The notes beneath the pieces were generated by a model. That model did no database searches. It was given only the letters and a program-made list of their open reading frames with translations, and was not told the DNA's origin. A program made the position numbers and the translations under genes. A DNA stretch of 64,000 nucleotides. It comes from an uncultured Fidelibacterota bacterium (GTDB lineage Bacteria > Fidelibacterota > Marinisomatia > Marinisomatales > UBA8229). Every line of letters starts with the position of its first letter. The stretch's first letter is position 1. The stretch covers positions 9,339-73,338 of the forward strand of contig CAJXJG010000001.1 of the NCBI GenBank assembly GCA_913054425.1, written 5' to 3'. Positions 59,986-64,000 of this stretch are shown in pieces.

Positions 59986-60813
59986 ATGCGATATCAACTA
60001 CAATCACAACACGGGCAATTTTCATGGAAACCCCGGTACTTTACCGATGTAATCAAGGTTATTATTGGAATAAATTTACTTCTGTTTGTTTTTAAGATTA
60101 TAGCACAAGACCAAGTGGACCTTGCAGGGATTTTTGGTTTGTCTCCAGCCACAATTTGGCCCATGATTTGGCAACCATTTACGTACATATTTATTCACGG
60201 AGGATTTTGGCACGTTGCCATAAATATGTTAGTGCTATGGATGTTTGGATCAGAAATGGAAATGATTTGGGGTAAACAGGAGTTTTTAAAATATTATTTC
60301 ATTACAGGAATTGGTTCCGGAATAGTCTGGCTTTTATTAAATATATCATCTGAAAATTATATGGTTCTTATTGGCGCCAGCGGTGCTGTGTACGGAATTC
60401 TTATGGCCTACGGCCTCATGTTTCCAAACCGAACTGTATATCTCTATTTTCTAATTCCTATAAAAGTAAAATGGTTTGTACTCTTTGTTGGTGCTCTTGC
60501 ATTCTTTTCATCCATGGAAGCAGGATCAAACATCAGCCACTTAACGCATCTCTCTGGTATGATTATTGGGTATATATATCTGAAGTCCAACAGGCACTGG
60601 CAGGGTTTGTCTTTTATATTTCGAAAGAGCATAGCTGACGTTGGATATTGGATAGATGAAAAAAAACAGGCAAAACGATGGAAATTTCAATGTGAAGTAG
60701 ATCGTATCTTGGACCGTATTAATAAAATTGGATATGAAAATCTGTCAGAAGACGAGAAAAATCTTCTTTACAAAGCAAGTAAGGAACGGTATAAAGGCCG
60801 TCAAAAAGATTAG
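59986..60813 (+). CDS. rhomboid family intramembrane serine protease
   Basis: Six TM pattern, HGGFWHVAINM, catalytic GASGAVYG and HLSGMIIGY. Cytoplasmic C-terminal tail. Confidence 0.88.
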   Translation: MRYQLQSQHGQFSWKPRYFTDVIKVIIGINLLLFVFKIIAQDQVDLAGIFGLSPATIWPMIWQPFTYIFIHGGFWHVAINMLVLWMFGSEMEMIWGKQEFLKYYFITGIGSGIVWLLLNISSENYMVLIGASGAVYGILMAYGLMFPNRTVYLYFLIPIKVKWFVLFVGALAFFSSMEAGSNISHLTHLSGMIIGYIYLKSNRHWQGLSFIFRKSIADVGYWIDEKKQAKRWKFQCEVDRILDRINKIGYENLSEDEKNLLYKASKERYKGRQKD

Positions 60814-60861
60814 TTTTAATGAATAATATTATAAACCTAATTCGTTATTGAAATTATCTAG

Positions 60862-61944
60862 ATGTTTTTAGAAGACGATAAAATATTTATGGCGAGAGCA
60901 CTAAAGCTAGCGGTGCGGGGCAGGGGTCATGTGTCTCCAAATCCTTTGGTTGGATGTGTCTTGGTAAAAAATGGCAGTATCATCGGCGAGGGATACCATG
61001 AGAATTTCGGTGGATCTCATGCGGAGATTACGGCCTTTCGTAATTCAAGTAAAGACCCTAAAGATTCTACTGCATATATCACACTAGAGCCATGCTGTGT
61101 AGCCGGTAAAACGCCCCCCTGCACTAAAGCGTTGATGGAAAGAGGCGTCCGGGAGGTATACATTGCTATGCTGGATCCCAATCCCCTGGTGAATGGAAGG
61201 GGAGCAGGCGAGCTGAAAAGGGCAGGGATTATAGTGCATACGGGTATCTTACAGGAAGAAGCAGAAGACCAAAACAAAGCATTTTCTAAATGGATTACCA
61301 CAGGAAGGCCCTGGGTGTCTGCAAAGGTTGCACAATCTGCTAATGGATATATGGGAATTGATTCACAAACGTCCATCTGGCTCACAGGGGAGGCATCCAA
61401 AAAACATGTTCATCAATTACGTACACAGGTGGATGCTATCATGGTGGGCCGGAATACGGCCCTGGTTGACAATCCAAAGCTGACGGTAAGAAAAGCGGTG
61501 GGACGTAATCCCAAACGAATTGTTACTGATACTCATTGCACCTTACCGCTGACATTGCATTTATTTCAAGACGGGGAAGCAGAGACTATTATTCTCTGTT
61601 CTGAACAGAAATTCAAACAGAATCAGACAGCATTTTATAAATATATACCCATCAAGGAGGAAAACGGTTATTTATCCCCAGAACATATTTTGCAGGTACT
61701 GGGAGAAGAAGGTATCACCTCTCTGCTTATTGAGGGAGGTTATGAACTGCTAAGTTCTTTTAAACGGGCGGATATGATTGATGAGGTTTATGTTTATACC
61801 ACACCGGAAACTTTAGAAAATGCAGAATTAAAGAATCCTATTCAGATATCTTCGTACTGGGAAATCAGGAAGGAACAGGCCCTGGGTTCTGATCATTTGA
61901 TTGTGGCAGAAAAAAGAAAAGTAGAATGTTTACAGGAATTATAG
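60862..61944 (+). CDS. ribD: bifunctional riboflavin biosynthesis deaminase/reductase RibD
   Basis: CMP/dCMP deaminase zinc motif HAEI...PCCVAGKTPPC, followed by the RibD C-terminal reductase domain. Confidence 0.93.
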   Translation: MFLEDDKIFMARALKLAVRGRGHVSPNPLVGCVLVKNGSIIGEGYHENFGGSHAEITAFRNSSKDPKDSTAYITLEPCCVAGKTPPCTKALMERGVREVYIAMLDPNPLVNGRGAGELKRAGIIVHTGILQEEAEDQNKAFSKWITTGRPWVSAKVAQSANGYMGIDSQTSIWLTGEASKKHVHQLRTQVDAIMVGRNTALVDNPKLTVRKAVGRNPKRIVTDTHCTLPLTLHLFQDGEAETIILCSEQKFKQNQTAFYKYIPIKEENGYLSPEHILQVLGEEGITSLLIEGGYELLSSFKRADMIDEVYVYTTPETLENAELKNPIQISSYWEIRKEQALGSDHLIVAEKRKVECLQEL

Positions 61945-62513
61945 AAGAACTGGGAACATTGAGGGAGGAAAACACTACCTCAACGGGTAAACAGTTTATG
62001 ATAAGCGCCCGGAAAGTACTTGATGATTTAACGAGAGGTGAAAGCATCTCCGTCAATGGTGTTTGCTTGACTGTTGTTCATTGTGATAAAAAAAGTCTCT
62101 GTCTGGATTTGGTTCATGAGACCCTAGACAAGTCGAATCTTGGTGGATTAAAGATAGGCGCCCAGATGAATTTAGAGCGGGCTCTGAAATTATCTACCAG
62201 GTTAGGCGGACATATCCTCCAGGGGCATGTTGAAACTGTCGGTGTTATCCTTGAAAAGGAAAAAGACGGTGAGGGTGCCATTATTACAGTTAGGCTTGAT
62301 AAAAAATGGATGAAGTATTGTGTTCCAAAAGGATCCATTGCATTGGATGGGATTTCTCTTACGATCGCATCCGCATCAGAAAATATTATCAAGGTGGCGC
62401 TTATTCCCCATACATTGGAACAGACCACTCTGGGAATTAAAGACAAATCCGCTACACTGAACATAGAAACAGACATCATAGGTAAATATATAGAAAGCTT
62501 ATTGCATCGATAG
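61926..62513 (+). CDS. ribE: riboflavin synthase
   Basis: [10 protein letters not shown] start and a duplicated lumazine-binding repeat ([13 protein letters not shown] / [12 protein letters not shown]). Confidence 0.93.
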   Translation: MFTGIIEELGTLREENTTSTGKQFMISARKVLDDLTRGESISVNGVCLTVVHCDKKSLCLDLVHETLDKSNLGGLKIGAQMNLERALKLSTRLGGHILQGHVETVGVILEKEKDGEGAIITVRLDKKWMKYCVPKGSIALDGISLTIASASENIIKVALIPHTLEQTTLGIKDKSATLNIETDIIGKYIESLLHR

Positions 62514-62517
62514 TAAA

Positions 62518-63744
62518 GTGTCCAATTTAAAAAAAACAATAAAGACTATTGAAGAATTCCGAGCTGGGAAGATGGTTATTGTCTCTGATGATAAGGACAG
62601 GGAAAACGAGGGAGATTTTTTTATAGCTGCTGAAAAGGCAACACCTGCAGATATTAATTTTATGATGAAATATGGGAGAGGTCTTATTTGTATGCCAATT
62701 GATAATACAATAGCAGACAGGCTTCACTTAAGCCCAATGGTACCTACGAATACTTCCCTGCACGAGACTAAATTTACAGTTAGCGTGGACGCGATTTCTA
62801 ATGTAACAACGGGGATTTCTGCCAAAGACAGGTGGCAGACAGTTCAGGTTATTCTCGATGAAAATTCTAAACCAAAAGATCTTGCGAGGCCTGGACATCT
62901 TTTTCCTCTTGTAGGAGAGAAGGGTGGTGTTTTAAGGAGAGCTGGCCATACCGAAGCCTGCTTGGACCTTACCCGCATGGCCGGCTTGTCCCCTGCGGCG
63001 CTCCTGGTAGAAATTATTGATGAAGATGGTTCAATGGCTAAGCCTAAAAGGCTGAGAGAAATTGCAAAAGAGCATGGTTTATCTTTAATAAGCATCGCAG
63101 ATTTGATAAAATACAGAAGAAGTTATGATAAGCTTGTAAAAGAAATTGTGACTGTTCCCCTTCCAAGTAAATTTGGTGATTTTAAAATTAGGTTGTTTGA
63201 AGATACGATTTATGGTGATCATCACATTGCATTAATAAAAGGGGATATCCATATTGATGATGAGGTTTTAGTTCGGGTGCATTCGCAATGTATTACAGGT
63301 GATATTTTTGCTTCAAAACGATGTGATTGTGGTGAGCAGCTGGAAATTTCTTTAAAAAAAATTGAGGAGTCGAAAAAGGGTGTTTTTATCTATCTAAGAC
63401 AAGAAGGCAGGGGTATTGGTTTAAAAAACAAACTTTTTGCTTATCAATTGCAGGATGAAGGGCTGGATACAGTTGAAGCAAATCATAAGTTGGGTTTCCC
63501 GACAGATTTAAGAGAATATGGCATTGGTGCACAAATTTTAAGAGAATGTAATGTGAGGCGAATGAGATTGCTCACAAATAACCCTAAAAAACTGGTAGGG
63601 CTTGAGGGATATAATTTAGCAATTATAGGAAGAGAACCAATCGAGACAACCCCCACAGCCGAGAACAAAAAATATTTACTTACAAAAAAACATAAACTTG
63701 GTCATTTTATTAGCAATGAAAATATTGAAAACAGGGAAAAATAA
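62518..63744 (+). CDS. ribBA: bifunctional 3,4-dihydroxy-2-butanone-4-phosphate synthase / GTP cyclohydrolase II
   Basis: GTG start. DHBP synthase block DRENEGDF...HTEA, and GCHII block [19 protein letters not shown]...[10 protein letters not shown]. Confidence 0.95.
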   Translation: MSNLKKTIKTIEEFRAGKMVIVSDDKDRENEGDFFIAAEKATPADINFMMKYGRGLICMPIDNTIADRLHLSPMVPTNTSLHETKFTVSVDAISNVTTGISAKDRWQTVQVILDENSKPKDLARPGHLFPLVGEKGGVLRRAGHTEACLDLTRMAGLSPAALLVEIIDEDGSMAKPKRLREIAKEHGLSLISIADLIKYRRSYDKLVKEIVTVPLPSKFGDFKIRLFEDTIYGDHHIALIKGDIHIDDEVLVRVHSQCITGDIFASKRCDCGEQLEISLKKIEESKKGVFIYLRQEGRGIGLKNKLFAYQLQDEGLDTVEANHKLGFPTDLREYGIGAQILRECNVRRMRLLTNNPKKLVGLEGYNLAIIGREPIETTPTAENKKYLLTKKHKLGHFISNENIENREK

Positions 63745-64000
63745 ACTTGCGATAATTGTAAGTGACTTCAATAAAAAAGTTACTCAGGAACTCCTAAAGG
63801 GAACGTTGGAGGAATTAGAACGGCATTCTATCTATAAAAAAGATATAATGGTAGTAAGGGTACCGGGTGCATTAGAGATCCCGGGAACACTCAACATGAT
63901 AATTAAATATAATGCCCCGGAAGTAATTATTGCTTTGGGCTCTGTAATTAAAGGGGAGACCGCTCATTTTGAAATGGTTGCTGAAAACTCATCTCGTTTG
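63716..64000 (+). CDS. ribH: 6,7-dimethyl-8-ribityllumazine synthase, 3'-truncated by window edge
   Basis: Not in the supplied ORF track because there is no stop within the window. The ATG at 63716 opens [23 protein letters not shown]...VVRVPGALEIP...IALGSVIKGETAHFEMVA, the RibH pattern. It overlaps the ribBA end by 29 nt. Confidence 0.85.
   Translation, partial: MKILKTGKNKLAIIVSDFNKKVTQELLKGTLEELERHSIYKKDIMVVRVPGALEIPGTLNMIIKYNAPEVIIALGSVIKGETAHFEMVAENSSRL

Overview
A 64-kb, AT-rich stretch of a bacterial chromosome, tightly packed with core housekeeping genes. I found no rRNA, tRNA, CRISPR array, transposase, integrase or phage-like gene. There are three strand blocks.

(1) 1-27.6 kb, plus strand. 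Origin-linked and replication genes: mnmE (5'-truncated), mnmG, mfd, two SurA/parvulin-type chaperones, a 277-bp AT-rich spacer, then dnaN, DUF721/dciA, gyrB and gyrA. These are followed by yggS, a divergent PNP-like ORF, the pyruvate dehydrogenase genes aceE-aceF-lpd, a secreted Zn-metalloprotease, folA, a penicillin/AHL-acylase-family Ntn hydrolase and a glycerophosphodiesterase.

(2) 27.6-56.7 kb, minus strand except copA. An 11-gene purine array (purA-purL-purM-purQ/S fusion-purC-purE-hyp-purB-purF-small ORF-purD-purN-purH). Then a metal neighbourhood (TonB-dependent receptor, copA, orphan fetB-like permease). Then an envelope/ion block (M23 peptidase, degenerate aroQ-like gene, two hypothetical membrane/secreted proteins, processive GT2, mgtE, CPBP protease), a SpoU/TrmH methyltransferase and an amidohydrolase.

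(3) 56.9-64 kb, plus strand. proS, recO, a hypothetical His/Cys protein, a rhomboid protease and ribD-ribE-ribBA-ribH (ribH runs off the window).

I do not see a convincing novel multi-gene system such as a defence island. The items most worth follow-up are:
- Two sequence families of bipartite inverted repeats in the pur spacers, anchored to the upstream stop codon and the downstream start region.
- A PurQ-PurS-PurS fusion.
- A class II-type PurE with no purK in the window.
- A candidate oriC upstream of dnaN with no dnaA nearby.
- A catalytically degenerate AroQ homologue.
- A C9 homopolymer inside the metalloprotease gene.

All functional calls come from motif and family recognition by eye. 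No database search was run.
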